From assembly GCF_009914755.1 (NCBI RefSeq), contig NC_060931.1: a DNA stretch of 64,000 bases; one strand, written 5' to 3'. Of the stretch, positions 40,424-57,445 are shown one piece after another (positions within the stretch are counted from its first letter, which is position 1; the number at the start of each line of letters is the position of its first letter). The translations under genes and the position numbers were made by a program. The stretch comes from the human T2T-CHM13v2.0 reference genome, Homo sapiens. The notes below the pieces were generated by a model, which made no database searches, had not been told where the DNA came from, and saw nothing but the letters and a program-made list of their open reading frames with translations.

Positions 40424-41170
40424 TCACTTGAACCCAGGAGGCAGAGGTTGCAGTGAGCTGAGATCACGCCATTGCACTACAGCCTGGGCAACAAGAGCGA
40501 AACTTTGTCTAAAAAAAAAAAAAAATCACTGGGCTTCTTCATGCTCTGATCACATCTCTCGTAAAAGCTTAAGCTCTCTCCGGGGTCCGGGTTGGCCGTG
40601 CCGTGGAATTCTGGGTGGCCTGGCTGGGGTCTCTGGAAATGTGGCTGCAGCAGAGAACAGAGACCCTGACATGCAGTTTTCCGTGCTGAGGGGCCCTAGG
40701 GGAGTCACACCAAGGGTCCCCACGAGAAAGTTGTGGCATCCCCGGGGGCCGGAGAAGAGCCCCGTGTCTTCTGAGGGGTTCGTCCTTTGTGTCCCCTGCA
40801 GACATTTGTCTGCGACCTTTGCCCTCCAGCATGTATGTACTTTCCTGCAGCCTGTAGAAACGCCTCTTACGGTTTAATATGTGTTCGCTTTGCTAAAGAA
40901 TATCAACATCGGCCAGGCGAGGTGGGGCACGCCTGTCATCCCAGCACTTTGGGAGGCTGAGGTGGGAGGATCACTTGGGCCCAGGGGTGCAAGACCAGCC
41001 TGGGCAACATAGCGAGACCCCATGTCTAAAAAAATTATTTTAAATTAGCCAGGCCGGGTGCAATGGCTCGCGCCCGTAATCTTAGCACTCTGGGAGGCCG
41101 AGGCAGGCAGATCACTTGAGATCAGGACTTTAAGACCAGCCTCGGCAACAACATGGTGAAACCATCTCTA

Positions 41171-41767
<597 letters not shown>

Positions 41768-42388
41768 CTAAAATATGATTGTACCACTGCACTCCAGCCT
41801 GGGTGACAGAGTGAGACCCTGTCTCTAAAAAAAAAAAAAAGAAAATAAAGAAAAAAGAATGTCAGCATGTCAGCGTTCCTCCAAGGAGTGGCTTTGGGTC
41901 AAGAAGACAGGCTGGCTCTCCTAAACAAACGGCTCCCCACGGCTGGGAGAGGCAGCAGGCCCTTACTCTGGCCTGAGTCTTTTGGGAGGGGCCCTGCTGG
42001 GCCTTCTCCTGCCACCTACCTTCCTGGACCATCTGTGCCCCTGCCCACGCAGTACCACACTCCCCAGACTGTGGAACGCATCTCCAGTGCCATCTGGGGG
42101 CCAGTTACTGTACCTGGTCCCCAGGCAGAGCTCTTGGCCTGGCAGCATCCAGGCAGGTATTAAGTGCCCAGTGATGGTGGCACATGGGTGGGGACGGAGC
42201 CACATCCAAGTCTAGCCCTCTGATTAGGAGGATGACAGTCTTGGAATTTCTTGTTCTCTTTCTCCTAGGGTTCTCGTTCTCCCAGCTCCAGCCTTTCTAG
42301 TTTCGAGGCATGAGGCAAACCATTGCTGTGGGAATAGCAGTGACCATTGGTAGGGCCATGGTGGCCGGGAGAGGAAACCTCAGGGTCA

Positions 42389-42894
<506 letters not shown>

Positions 42895-43220
42895 CTAATT
42901 TGGAGCACAGTCTTCCTGGTGCCTAGACATGCCAAGGCCCCTCCCACGTGGTACACCCTCTCCGTTTAGTACCTGACCACCTGTTTCAAAACGCAGGTGT
43001 TTCTGGTTTAGAAACTTGGAAGGCGGAATGTGTTTTCGTGTCTTCTAGGAAGGGTCTGCTGAGGACCAGACCACGTAAGCCTGAGTGGATCCTGACTCAG
43101 CTGCAGCCCTTACCTGCCTCGTGCTGATGATCTATGCATGGCGTTATGTAGATCACGTGCGGCAGAGACAGCCACTGTCCTGCGTGCGGGTTTTTAAAAC
43201 AGCTGCCCTGGATGAAACGG

Positions 43221-43226
43221 AATAAA
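43221..43226 (+). terminator. Candidate proximal ORAI2 poly(A) signal
   Basis: AATAAA in unique sequence followed by GTCTTTCTGTTCTTGG. Confidence 0.55.
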
Positions 43227-44197
43227 CCAGTGATGCTATTCAAAGTCTTTCTGTTCTTGGGGGATGCTGTGGGCAGAGGGGATAAATTGCAGCCCCTGGC
43301 CCTCCCGTGGCATCTGCTGACTGGGGGACCCACATCGTGGCCTGAAAAACTCCTGGAGCGCCCTCTGGCCTCCTGTCGCTGGTCACTGGCCAGTGTCCTC
43401 CCAGGCTGCCCCGGCAAGGGGGCGTGGACATCTCTAGAATGGAGGCAGGGTACTCATGTCCAGACACGCCGCCATGGGGCTCCGCCCCGAGAGCGCAGGG
43501 TGCCTCTGCCTGGCGCTTCCCCTCCCAGACAGGGCCCTCTCTTTCCAGAAACAAAAGAAGGGGCAGCCCCAGAGGGTGGCTGAGCGACAACAGAGCCCAC
43601 CTGGACAGGGTCAGCTTGGCGTTCCCCCCAGTCCCTTGAGGAGAGGAGCTACCAGAGCACTGGTCACCTCAGGACATTCTCCAGCCCCAAGTCCCTGTGG
43701 GGCAGCAGGAACAGGTGGGTCCCTCCTGCGGGCTGGTGGCACTGCTAAGGAAGCACCAGACAGCCTTTTTTTTTTTTTTGAGACAGAGTCGCTCTGTCAC
43801 CCAAGCTGGAATGCGGTGGCATGATCTTGGCTCACTGCAACCTCCTCCTCCCAGGTTCAAGCGATCTTGTGCCTCAGCCTCCCAAGTAGCTGGGATTACA
43901 GGCACGCACCACCATGCTTGGCTAATTTTTGTATTTTTAGTAGAGACGGGGGTTTCACCATGTTGGCCAGGCTGGTCTCCAACTCATGACCTCGTGATCT
44001 GCCCACCTCGGCCTCCCAAAGTGCTGGGATTACAGGTGTGAGCCAGCTTGCCCAGCTTATGTTTATAGATTTATTTTAGAGACAGGGTTGGGCTCTATTG
44101 CCCAGGCCAGAGCTGGAGTGCAGTGGTGCAATCATAGCTCTCTGCAGGCTCCAGCTTCTGGGCGCAAGCAATCCTCCCACCTCAGTCTCCCAAGTAG

Positions 44198-44392
<195 letters not shown>

Positions 44393-44595
44393 TGAGGTAG
44401 AGGCCCTCTTCTAGGAAAGAATTTCTGTTTGTTTTGTTTTGTTTTGTTTTGTTTTTTTGAAACAGTCTCTCTCTGTCTCCCAGGCTGGAGTGCAGTGGCG
44501 TGATCTCAGCTCGCTGCAACCTCCACTTCCCAGGTTCAAGCAATTCTTCTGCCAAGCTGGGACTACAGGCATGCACCACCACCATGCCCTGCTAA

Positions 44596-44918
<323 letters not shown>

Positions 44919-45382
44919 TAATAGAGACTGAATTTCATCACACTGGCCAGGCTGGTTTCGAACTCCTGGCCTCAAGTGATCCGCTGGCCTCAGCCTCCTA
45001 AAGTGCTGGATTACAGGCATGAGCCACCGTGCCAGGCCTTGTTAATATTTTTAACTCTGGCACTTCACCCTAGAGGCTGCTAGGAATCAGGTGTGCCAAG
45101 CAACTGGCACCACTCCATGGAAAGCGTCTAGGGCAGTGCCTTGGTTCTGCCAATCCTGAGAAGCCAGGCTGCCCCTTGGGCTGGGCAGTGGCCTCAGTAC
45201 CGAGCCCCAGGCCAGCAAGCCCACAAGCCTCGAGAAAGACTGCACTTCCGGTGGAGGCTGCAGTTTCCTTAAAGGGAAAATCTGCCCCACCCCTGTCAAG
45301 GGCAGGACACAAGTCACTGGCATTGAAGGACCCACTCCACACCCAGCAGATCATCGACGCAGACTTTTTTTTTCCCAGATAG

Positions 45383-45481
<99 letters not shown>

Positions 45482-45484
45482 TGA

Positions 45485-45736
<252 letters not shown>

Positions 45737-47881
45737 TAGAACCTGCCAACCTGTAGCTCACACCTATAATCCCAGCACTTTGGGAGGCTGAGGTGGGCGG
45801 ATCGCTTGAGCCAAGGAGTTCGAGACCAGCCTGGGCAACATTACGAGACCCTGTCTCTACAAAAATACAAAAATTACCCGGGCTTGGTGGCTCGTGCCTA
45901 TAGTCCCAGCTACTGGGGAGGCTGAGGTGGGAGAATCATCTGAGCCCAGGGAGGTTGAGACTGCAGTGAGCCAAGATTGTGCCACTGCACTCCAGCCTGG
46001 GTAAAATGAGTGAGACCACGTCTCAACCCCTTTCACAGCCCGTCTGCGGCCCACCCACCCATGGGTACTGTGGGATGGGGGACAGGCTGGCTTAACACAA
46101 ATCGAGGCAGGAATAACCCCAGAGAATGGGCTTTGCATGGAGCTTGGCTCCTGTCCCTGCCTGTGAGGGAGGACCAGACTCGGCCTCACCACCTGCCACT
46201 CTGAGCAAACAGGCAACGGTGTTTCCTGAACATCTTTCTGAAGCGGCTGAGGGATGTCAGCTGAGCCCCCGCTGGGCCTGCTCTGGAGCGGGATGTCTCC
46301 AGAAGCCGCCCTTGGAGCGGGCACTTCCCTATTTGGGCGTGTCCCAGTCCCATGCCTCACCATCCCCTTGCTTGAAGCTCCAAGAGCATGAGAGTGGGCA
46401 GCCTGGTCTGCTGAGGAAAGTGTCTGATGGATGCGGAAATGGCCACCCCAAACACCGGTAAGCAGATGTTACCCTGCAGGCGGTGGCTCCTGGGGCCCAG
46501 CCCTGCAGAAACACATGGGGCAGGCTGGGCAGAGGGGCTCACACCCGTTATTCCCAGCGCTTTGGGAGGCTGAGGCGGGAGGATCGCTTGAGCCCAGGAG
46601 TTTGAGACCAGCCTGGGCAACATAGCAAGACTCTATCTCCACTAAAAATCAAAACAAAACAATTAGCTGGGTATGGTGGCACACGCCTGTAGTTCCAGCT
46701 ACTGGGGAGGCTGAGGGGGAGGATCACTTGAGCCCAGGAGTTCAAGGCTGCAGTGAGCCATGATTGCGCCACTGCACTCCAGCCTGGGCAACAGAGCAAG
46801 ACCCTGCCCCGCCGCCTGAAAGAAAGAAAAAAGAAAGAGAAAGGAAGAGAAAGAAAGGAAAAGAAAAAGGAAACATACGAGGCTATGGGGCCGTGTACGG
46901 GGGCCAGGCTGTGGCAGAAGCATCCTGGCGTGGCCTTCTCCAGCCCCATCCTGGTTGGGTAAGGTGTCGCCGTGGGTCTTCGTGTCACAGCTTCAAGGAC
47001 AGACCCAACTCTGGTATCACAAACTTAACAGGTAATGGAGTTTCCTAAAGTGTGCTCTGCAGGAGTGCTGGAAGGGCCAGCATGGAAGGACCCCAGGGAG
47101 GGAGATTTCTTTGCTCCACAGCATCCCCAAGCCTCACGAGGCCTCTCCCCTCCAAGTCTCTATGTGCATCGTTCTCCAGATGTTGGAGCATCCTGCAGGG
47201 GCCAGCCCAGCCTGTCAGGGGCAGAGACCCTGCACTGGCCCCCTCGAGAGTGGACCCCTGGGCTGGCTTATCTGCTCCAGTGCAGTGAGGATCAGCTGGA
47301 GCTCCGACCTGACTCACATCTGGATGCGCAGTGAGGGGCCCGTTGGGGCCGTGATACTGGGAGGAAGCCGGGCTCTGTGCTCTTGCTCCAAGTGAGTTGA
47401 CCAGGGAGCCGAAGTTAAGGTGGCCTGGGAGCCACGTCCTCCCACCTAGCGGCTGGGCTCTCACAGCCACTAGAAACCCATCAGCCTTTCCCCTGGGTCT
47501 ATGCGGGGCTCTTCAGCCCTCCTGGGAGCTCAGTGGCTGGGATGCTGCTTTACAGACAGTGCACGGCTCTGCCATCTGACAGCTCCCAGAGGGTTCTGGG
47601 GGTGACTGTAAAGAGTGGTGCTGGCCCCGAACCTTTCCTGTTCCCCTGGATTTAGTTCCCAGCAGGTGGTGAGGAACTGAACATTTTGTCCCATAGTGGT
47701 GGGAGAGAGGGCTGGCCACATGGGTCCAGGCCACCCCCTCAGCCTCCACAGCCTGCCCCGCACCCAGCCACAGGAACAGCAGAGCAGCTCCCCCATCCAG
47801 GTAAGCGCCCCCACCACAGCCCCATCACAAAGGAATAGCCTCCTGGTGTAGTGGGAGGTGAGGAGCTTTTTTTGTTTTCCT

Positions 47882-47891
47882 TTTATTTATT
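47882..47891 (-). terminator. Candidate ALKBH4 poly(A) signal(s) in an Alu tail
   Basis: Minus strand reads AATAAATAAA (two overlapping hexamers). Confidence 0.55.
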
Positions 47892-48424
47892 TTAGGGACA
47901 GGGTCTTGCTCTGTTGCCAAGTTAAGTGCAGTGGTATGATCATGAGCTCACTGCAGCCTTGACATGGTGGTAAAGCCATCCTCCCGCCTCAGCCTTTCGA
48001 GTAGCTGGGACTACAGGTGTGTGCCACCATGCCCAGACGCCCAGCTAATGTTTGTATTTTTTGTAGAGATGGGGGTCTCACTATGTTGCCCAGGCTGGCC
48101 TCAAGCAATCCTCCCACCTGAGCCCCGCAAAGTACTCGGATTACAGGTGTGAGTCACCGCGCCTGGCCGGGAGCTTTAATTTTTCCTACTTGTTAACAGC
48201 GTTATGGGGCTGGAAGGAGGCTCTCAGATTTCCCTGCCCTCCTCACATCCCCCAACCCTCCCTGGGCGTGGGGGTGTCAAGCATGAGTCAGGCTGAGCCT
48301 GACTCTGAAGCTGTTCCCAGCTCTTTAGTCTAAACTTCAAATCTTCAACCCTGTTCCCTAATCCAACACATTCCCCAAATGAAGGGACTGGACAGTGAGA
48401 TATCGGGAAACCCCATGAAAATAG

Positions 48425-48779
<355 letters not shown>

Positions 48780-49022
48780 TGATCCCATGTCCCCAAGACT
48801 GTGACAAACTAAATAACCAAAAAAGTGTGGCCACGGTCCAGGTGGAAGGGGGCTGCCTGGAGGTACGTTCCCATCAAAACCTGCTCCTGGGCAGGGCTCA
48901 CACTGCTCACAGCATCAGGGGTCAGCCATCTTCTCTTGAAACCCCGTGAGTTGCAGGAGGCCCTGTTCTGTGCTCCTCATTTCAATCCCGGGATCAGTCA
49001 AGTCTGGAGCCAAGGAGGCGGT

Positions 49023-49610
49023 TCACACGGGTCTTCCCTGGAAGGAGAGGGCGATCCGCAGCAGTTCCTGGCCCAGCTCTTGCTGCCTCCCTCCAGGGCC
49101 AAACTCAGCCGACAGCTCCCGGAAAGTGACGCAGACGCGGCGGGCCTCGATGTGTCTGCGGTGGATGGCATGCTTCCACTGGTGCCGTGCCGCCCCGGTG
49201 AGGACCAGCAGGGAGCGGGCGGGTAAGGGGATGGCCACCTCCACCTCCTGGCATAGCACCGACCGGCTGGGTGCTATCACGCTGTCCACCAAGGCCTCCG
49301 GGGCAGCCGACGGGGCCGAGCAGAGGAGCAGGCTCCCGGGCGCCTCCCGACACATGGACAGCACGGTGGGGGACAGGAGGTTGAGGCTGACCAGCCGCTC
49401 CCCCCACAGCCAGGCGTCGTCCAGGTGGGGGTCAATGGCAGAGCCCCGCTCGGGGCAGTAGTCCAGGTTGCACTGCTCGACGGGCCGGAAGCCCTCCAGC
49501 CCCGGGTAGAGGCCCATCCTCCGCACCACCTCCCGGCTGAAGCTGGGGAGGCCGCAGAAGCCCTCGGTCTTTAGCTTCTGTTTCCGAAAGTTGACTTTGG
49601 GGCCATAGTC
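49023..49610 (-). CDS. ALKBH4: AlkB homolog 4, Fe(II)/2-oxoglutarate dioxygenase, exon 3 (aa 108-302 plus stop)
   Basis: Acceptor TTCAG|GAC; DYGPKVNF...AIDPHLDD (HxD)...QWKHAI (distal His)...RRVCVTFR (2OG-binding RxxxxxR)...FQGRPV*. Confidence 0.98.
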   Translation of the reverse strand, partial: DYGPKVNFRKQKLKTEGFCGLPSFSREVVRRMGLYPGLEGFRPVEQCNLDYCPERGSAIDPHLDDAWLWGERLVSLNLLSPTVLSMCREAPGSLLLCSAPSAAPEALVDSVIAPSRSVLCQEVEVAIPLPARSLLVLTGAARHQWKHAIHRRHIEARRVCVTFRELSAEFGPGGRQQELGQELLRIALSFQGRPV

Positions 49611-49728
49611 CTGAAGGATGAAGACAAAGAGGACATGAGGTGTCTGAGTTTACGAAGATGTCTACCACAGACTAGGTGGGAAGAATTCAGTCATAGTGAC
49701 CCAGGCAAGCAAAAGCCCCCTGGCTTCA

Positions 49729-50074
<346 letters not shown>

Positions 50075-50588
50075 TTAGTTCCAGCTACTTAGGAGGCTGA
50101 GGTGAGAGGACTGTTGGAGCTCAGGAGGTTGAGGCTGCGGTGAGTGGAGACTGAGCCACCGTACTCCAGCTTGGGAGACAGAATGAGACACCCTGTCTCA
50201 AAATAATAATAATAATAATTATCTGGGCTTGGTGGCACATGCCTTAGTTTCAGCTACTCAGGAGGCTGAGGTAGGAGGATCGCTAGAGCCTGGGGGGTCA
50301 AGGCTGCGGTGAGCCAATATCACATATTGCACTCCAGTCTGGGCGACAGAGCGAGACCCTGTCTCAAAAAAAAAAAAAAAACCTGTACACAAATGTTCAC
50401 AACAGCCAAAAAGTGACAACAACGCCAATGTCCATCGACAGATGAATGAGGAAATGAAATGTACCAACATCCAACAGGATGTCACAAAAGAATGGGGCTG
50501 GGCGCGGTGGCTCACGCCTGTAATCCCAGCACTTTGGGAGGCTGAGGCGGGCGGATCACTTGTCAGGAGTTCGAGACCAGCCTGGTCA

Positions 50589-50795
<207 letters not shown>

Positions 50796-51220
50796 CTACA
50801 ATGAAGGGAGAGGGGGCACCCGGGGATGTTTGGACACAGGTGGGGAAGGAGTTGGAGGGAGCGGCGGGCCCGGGGAGGGGGAAGGTGGGAATGCGTGTGA
50901 GGAGACAGGACACGGATGGTGACAATGGGAGGTGGGGGCGCCTGCAGCTTGGGAGAATGGGGTGCCTTCACCACCACCAAGCCAGCTACAGAGGGGCAGA
51001 GAGCCCAGGAGCGCATATCACAGGGAGATGGGGTGCCCAGGTGCACCTCTGCCCATCGGACACACGTCCTGCAGCGAGTCTGGCTGCCCACAGCCCCAAG
51101 GTCTGGGGAACTCGCCCACTACCAACCCTGGAGGTTTGAGGGGTGTGGCTGCAAGGAGGGGGATGGCCCCCAGCAGTAGGGCTGTCTCCTCAGCGCAGCC
51201 CAGCAACCCCCATGAGCTCA

Positions 51221-51836
<616 letters not shown>

Positions 51837-52912
51837 TCAGCTACTCAGGAGGCTGAGGCGGGAGGATCATTTGAGCCCAGGAGGTTGAGGCTACAGTGAG
51901 CCATGGTCGCGCTACTGCACTCCAGCCTGGACAACAAAGCAAGACCCTGTCTCAAAAAAAAAAAAAGAAAAAAAAAAAAAGGAAAGACACATCCTGGAGC
52001 CATGGCAGCCCCTGGCACTTGTGTGCCCTCAGGAGACCCTCTGATGGCTCATTCCTCCCCTCAGGACACCGTGGAAGGCAGCTGGAGTCTAGGGGGAGGT
52101 GCAGGCAGAGCCTCTGCCCCAGGCTGACCGGGGAAGGCCCGCAGCCCTCTTGAGCTAACACGAATTTGATTGGTTTCCTTTCTCACTTTCCTCCCCTGTA
52201 AAAGAGAAGGGTTTGTACAACATGTTTTTCCTTCTCCATTTTACAAAGGAGGCTCAGCAAAGTTAAGGAACCAGCCCGAGGCTGGACAGCACCTCCTGCA
52301 CTCCCATCTCCTCAGCTGCTTCCAGGAGGCCCCAAACTGCCTGACTACCTTGAATCTGTGCACCCTAATCTCTTTAGGTCTTTGCCGATGCCACCCCGGT
52401 GTCCCAGGGGTTGGCCCGTGCCTATCACCAGCGTGAGGGTCACCTAGGAGGGCAGCCAACTTCCCTACAGAGCTGAGCGTTCAGTTGAGCTCCTCAGTGT
52501 CCCAACCTCCCTTCTCCTCACTCTTGTCCTCAGGGCACCTTTCCAGACCCAGCATCACCCCTCAATCCTCATACCCTGGGCTGTCACTCAACTCCCACCC
52601 CATGTCCCTCTCTGCTCTGCCACCAACCCCGAGGCCTGGCGGTACTCTAAGGGTTCCCCCATGCTAAAGAAAGTCTAGAAACCAGGCCAGGCGCGGTGGC
52701 TCACACCTGTAATCCCAACACTTTGGGAGGCCAAGGTGGACTGATCACCTGGGGTCAGGAGTTCAAGACCAGCCTGGCCAACATGGCAAAACCCCGTCTC
52801 TATTAAAAATACAAAAACTAGCCGGGCGTCGTGGTGCATGCCTGTAATCCCAGCTACTCAGGTGGCTGAGGCAGGAGAATCCCTTGAACCCGGGAGGTGG
52901 AGATTGCAGTGA

Positions 52913-53194
<282 letters not shown>

Positions 53195-53717
53195 TGACCA
53201 GGATGGTCTTGAACTCCTGACCTTGTGATCCTCCCGCCTTGGCCTCCCAAAGTGCTGGGATTACAGGCGTGAACCACCATGCCCAGCCAATAGTAAATTT
53301 TTAAAAAAGAGTTTCGCCAATGAAATAGCCAGTATTTGCATCCGTGGCACTGAACATTTTACATGGATTATCTAGTTTCATCCCCAGGACAGCCCCAAGA
53401 GGAAGGTACCATAACTATCATGGGCAGGAGGTGTGGAGGTTCTGGCCGGAGTCACCCAGTGAGGACTTCGGAGGCCACCAGAACTCAGCCCTGGGCTCTG
53501 TGGCCTGTCTCCTCTTCCTCTCCCATCTCCAGGCTCCTCACACCCTGGGCTGCCACTCACTGTGGGCCGCTGTCTTTCTCTGTTCTTCCCTCCAGGGACC
53601 TCAGCCCCTTCCAATGCTTTACTTCCAGCCACCGACTCCAGCTCAGACCCCTCCTGAGATTGGCACTATCTCCTCCTGCTCCTGGGGCCCTCCCACGGGA
53701 AACATTAAAACTGGGAG

Positions 53718-53884
53718 TCCCCCGTGTGTCGGCTGAGCAGGCTGGACTTGTCCGAAAGGCCATGGAGCCCTCTTGAAGGGTTTTAAAGGAGTGACGAGGT
53801 CAAATGTGAATTTTAGAAAGATCTGGAGGGGGGAGGGGCAGATATGAAGGGTGGAGGCTGGAAAGCCAGTGAGGAACTGCCCCA
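53718..53884 (-). repeat. Left arm of an L2-derived inverted repeat
   Basis: Reverse complement of 55481-55648, with perfect blocks of 22, 25 and 25 nt. Confidence 0.92.
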
Positions 53885-54527
53885 GTGCCCTGAGATGCTG
53901 GATACCTCACTCTCCTTGTTCCATAGCCATCGGGTTGGGAAGATGTCACCTCCACATGGCCACTGGAACGGGTCAGACTTTCCGCAATTTTTTTCTTTTC
54001 TTTTTTTTTGTTTGAGGCAGGGTCTCGCTCTGTCACTCAGGCTGGAGTGTAGTGGCGCTCACAGCTCACTGCAGCCTTGACCTCCTGGGCTCAGGCAATC
54101 CTCCCACCTCAGCCTCCCAAGTAACTGGGACTACAAGCACACACCACCACACCTAGCTAATTTTTAAATTTTTTGTAGAGACAGGGTCTTGCTATGTTGT
54201 CCAAGCTGGGCTCAAACTCCTAGACTCAGGCGAGCCTCCTGCCTCAGCCTCCCAAAGGGCTGGGATTATAGGCATGAGCCACCGCACCTGGCCCCTTCCA
54301 CAAATTAAAACTCTTAAGTTCATTCATATTGTTGTACAGCCGTCACCACCATTCAGAACTTTTTCATCTTGCAAAACTGAAACTCTTTCCCTATTAAACA
54401 ACAGGTCCCCATCTCCCCTTCCTGAGCCCTTGGCAACAACCCTTCTACTTTCTGTCCCTGTGACTACCCTACGTAGCTCACACAACAGGAATCATGCAGT
54501 ATTTGTCTTCTGTGACTGCTTCCTTAA

Positions 54528-54758
<231 letters not shown>

Positions 54759-54898
54759 TAGAGGTGGGATTTCACCATGTTGCCCATGCTGGTCTCAAAC
54801 TCCTGGGCTCTGGCAATCTGCCTGCCTCGGTCTCCCAAAGTGCTGGAATTACAGGTGTGAGCCACTGTGCCCGGCCTGTCCTTCCTTTTTAAGGCTGA

Positions 54899-55246
<348 letters not shown>

Positions 55247-55480
55247 TGAACCCGGCCCAGGTATCTTGATAGATGCTTGGTTTGCTTCCATCTTTGGGCT
55301 GTCATGAATAATGTCGTGAATATGAACATGGGTGTGCAAATATCTCTTCCAGACCCTGCTTTTAGTTCCTTTGGATATATACCCAGAAGCAGGATTGCGG
55401 ATCATGGGTAATTCTATGTTTAATTCATGAGGCATGCCATGCTGTTTCCATAGGACCTTGGGCACTTTTACCATGGACGT

Positions 55481-55780
55481 TGGGGCAGTCTTCACTGGCT
55501 TACCAGCCTCCACACCTTCATATCTGCCCGTTCCCTTCCCAGGATCTTTCTAAAATTCACATTTGACTTCATCACTCCTTTAAAACCCTTCAAGAGCTCT
55601 CCAGGGCCTTTGGGACAAGTCCAGCCTGCTCAGCTGATGCACCGGGGAGCATCTGTGATCAGACCTCCCCCCCCCCCACAACCTCTCCAGCCTCATCTCT
55701 CTCACCTGAGGCATCACCAATCCACCTTCCTACCCCACGCAGTTTTCTGGGTTGGAATGCCCTTGCAACCAACCACAGTC
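55481..55780 (+). mobile_element. L2 fragment; 55481-55648 is the right arm of the inverted repeat
   Basis: GATCTTTCTAAAA...TCACTCCTTTAAAACCCTTCAA...CCTCTCCAGCCTCATCTCT follows the L2 3' consensus as recalled. Confidence 0.75.
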
Positions 55781-56342
55781 CTTCCATGCCAGCCCAAAGG
55801 CGCTGAGTTCTTTTTCTTTTTTTATTTATTTTCTTTTTGTGAGACAGAGTCTCGCTCTGTCGCCCAGGCTGAAGTGAGGTGGCTCGATCATAGCTCACTG
55901 CAGCCTCCAGCTCCTGGGTTGCAGCGATCCTTGAGTTCCTTTTCGTTAGTTAACTGGAATTCACTGTCTCCTTGCCCATTGCAGTCCACGGCCTTCAGGC
56001 ACCGTTGGACTGGTATTCAGCACCCTCGATCGACCCTTTCCGTGTCATCTCCCTGCAGGCCCGTGAAGCTCCCAGCGCCAGACCCGAGAGGCTACGTCGA
56101 GGTTTACAGGCAGATCCCCCCAGAGTCCCCGAGGTGACCTGTAATCGAACCCACCCACGTTCCAGCTCCTTCCCCACTCCCAAGCCCGCTCCTTAAAGCC
56201 CTCATCTCCTCACCCTGCATCACCCCTACCGTAAGGGTCCCTCACAGGCTTCGATCCCGGCCCCTATCATGGCCAAGCTGGACCTCAGTTTCCCCAGATG
56301 CAGAGCGACGTTTGTGGGCGCGGCCCCTCTCCCACCCCTTAC

Positions 56343-56465
56343 CGCTGGGGGCAGCTCCCAGGGCGGGTCACTGCCGCGCTGCCGCTCGCAGATCAGACAG
56401 GTCCGGATGCCCTTGCAACCGCATTCCCGAAGGACTTCGGGGGTCTCGGCGGCAGCCGCCGCCAT
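56343..56465 (-). CDS. ALKBH4: ALKBH4 exon 1 (aa 1-41)
   Basis: GCGATGG start; MAAAAAETPEVLRECGCKGIRTCLICERQRGSDPPWELPPA; donor GCG|GTAAGG; 41+66+195=302 aa. Confidence 0.97.
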
Positions 56466-56709
56466 CGCGCCGTCCGCGTGGCCAGTGCGCAGGCGCGGCC
56501 GTGGGGGCCGCTGGGAGTTGTAGTCCGCGCCGGGCGGGGGCACGAGGCCTGGGTTCCGCTTCCTTCCGGTCGTTAACGCCCACGGGCTCGCGCGGCGCCG
56601 CCTCCTGGGCTCAGTTACCGCGGACGCCAGTGCCGGGCTCCAGGAGACGCAGGGCGACGCCACACGCCGGGGTGGCCGACTGGGTCAGCGCGGGCTGCGC
56701 CTCCTCGCC
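56466..56709. promoter_or_regulatory. Bidirectional CpG-island promoter of ALKBH4 and LRWD1
   Basis: Divergent ATGs 244 bp apart; NRF1-like TGCGCAGGCGC 56486-56496; ACTACAACTCCCA on the - strand 56512-56524; GC box 56532-56539; ETS TTCCGG 56564-56569. Confidence 0.92.
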
Positions 56710-56789
56710 ATGGGCCCCCTCTCGGCGCGGCTGCTAATGCAGCGCGGACGCCCCAAGAGCGACCGGCTGGGGAAGATCCGGAGTCTGGA
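56710..56789 (+). CDS. LRWD1: LRWD1/ORCA (leucine-rich repeat and WD repeat protein 1) exon 1
   Basis: GCCATGG; MGPLSARLLMQRGRPKSDRLGKIRSL; donor GA|GTAAGA. Confidence 0.96.
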
Positions 56790-57360
56790 GTAAGAGCCGG
56801 GCAGCGGGTGAGGCTGTGTCCTCGGGGCCGGGCGGTCGGGGAGAAGAGCGGGGACCCTCCCCAACGGCCCGCTTGTCCCCGTTATCGCCCTCTGGGTTCG
56901 GCAGAGTGGTCCAAATGTCTTCTTGTTGGGAGATCGTGGCCCCACCCGCTCGCCGGGAGCCCCGAGGGGCCTCATCCCCTGAAGGGAGCCCGGACAGTTA
57001 GGGGCACAGCCTGCCGCTATCGTTAGAGGGCCTGGGAAGCACAGACGAGCCCCCGAAGGATCAGGAAGAGCATCCTAGAGGGGGCTAGGATGCCCCCCAG
57101 TCCTAAAGTAGTTGCAGTTTTTTTTTTTTTTTTTTTTTTTTTTTGTTAAGTGGTGGGGAGTCGGGAGTAGTGGCGCGCGCTTCTAGTCCCAGCTACTCGA
57201 GAGGCTGAGGCGGGAGGATCCCTCAGCCCAGGAGTTGGAGGCAGCTGTGAGCTATGATCGCGCCTAGGCGACTGAGTGACACCCCGTCTCTAAAAATAAA
57301 GTAACGGGGGGATGGGCGGGGCGGCTACACTTGTACGAGAAATGTCAGGTGAAAAAGCCT

Positions 57361-57445
57361 TCTGAGGTACCCGGGGCAGATTGGTGTAGGGTGCAAAGCC
57401 TGCCCGCCCCCTAAGCCTTCTGCCCCCAACTCCAGCCTGTCAGGA
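57361..57445 (+). ncRNA. MIR5090: pre-miR-5090 hairpin (mature sequence about 57371-57393)
   Basis: CCGGGGCAGATTGGTGTAGGGTG recalled as miR-5090; GGGGCAGA/TCTGCCCC and TAGGG/CCCTA pair. Confidence 0.8.
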
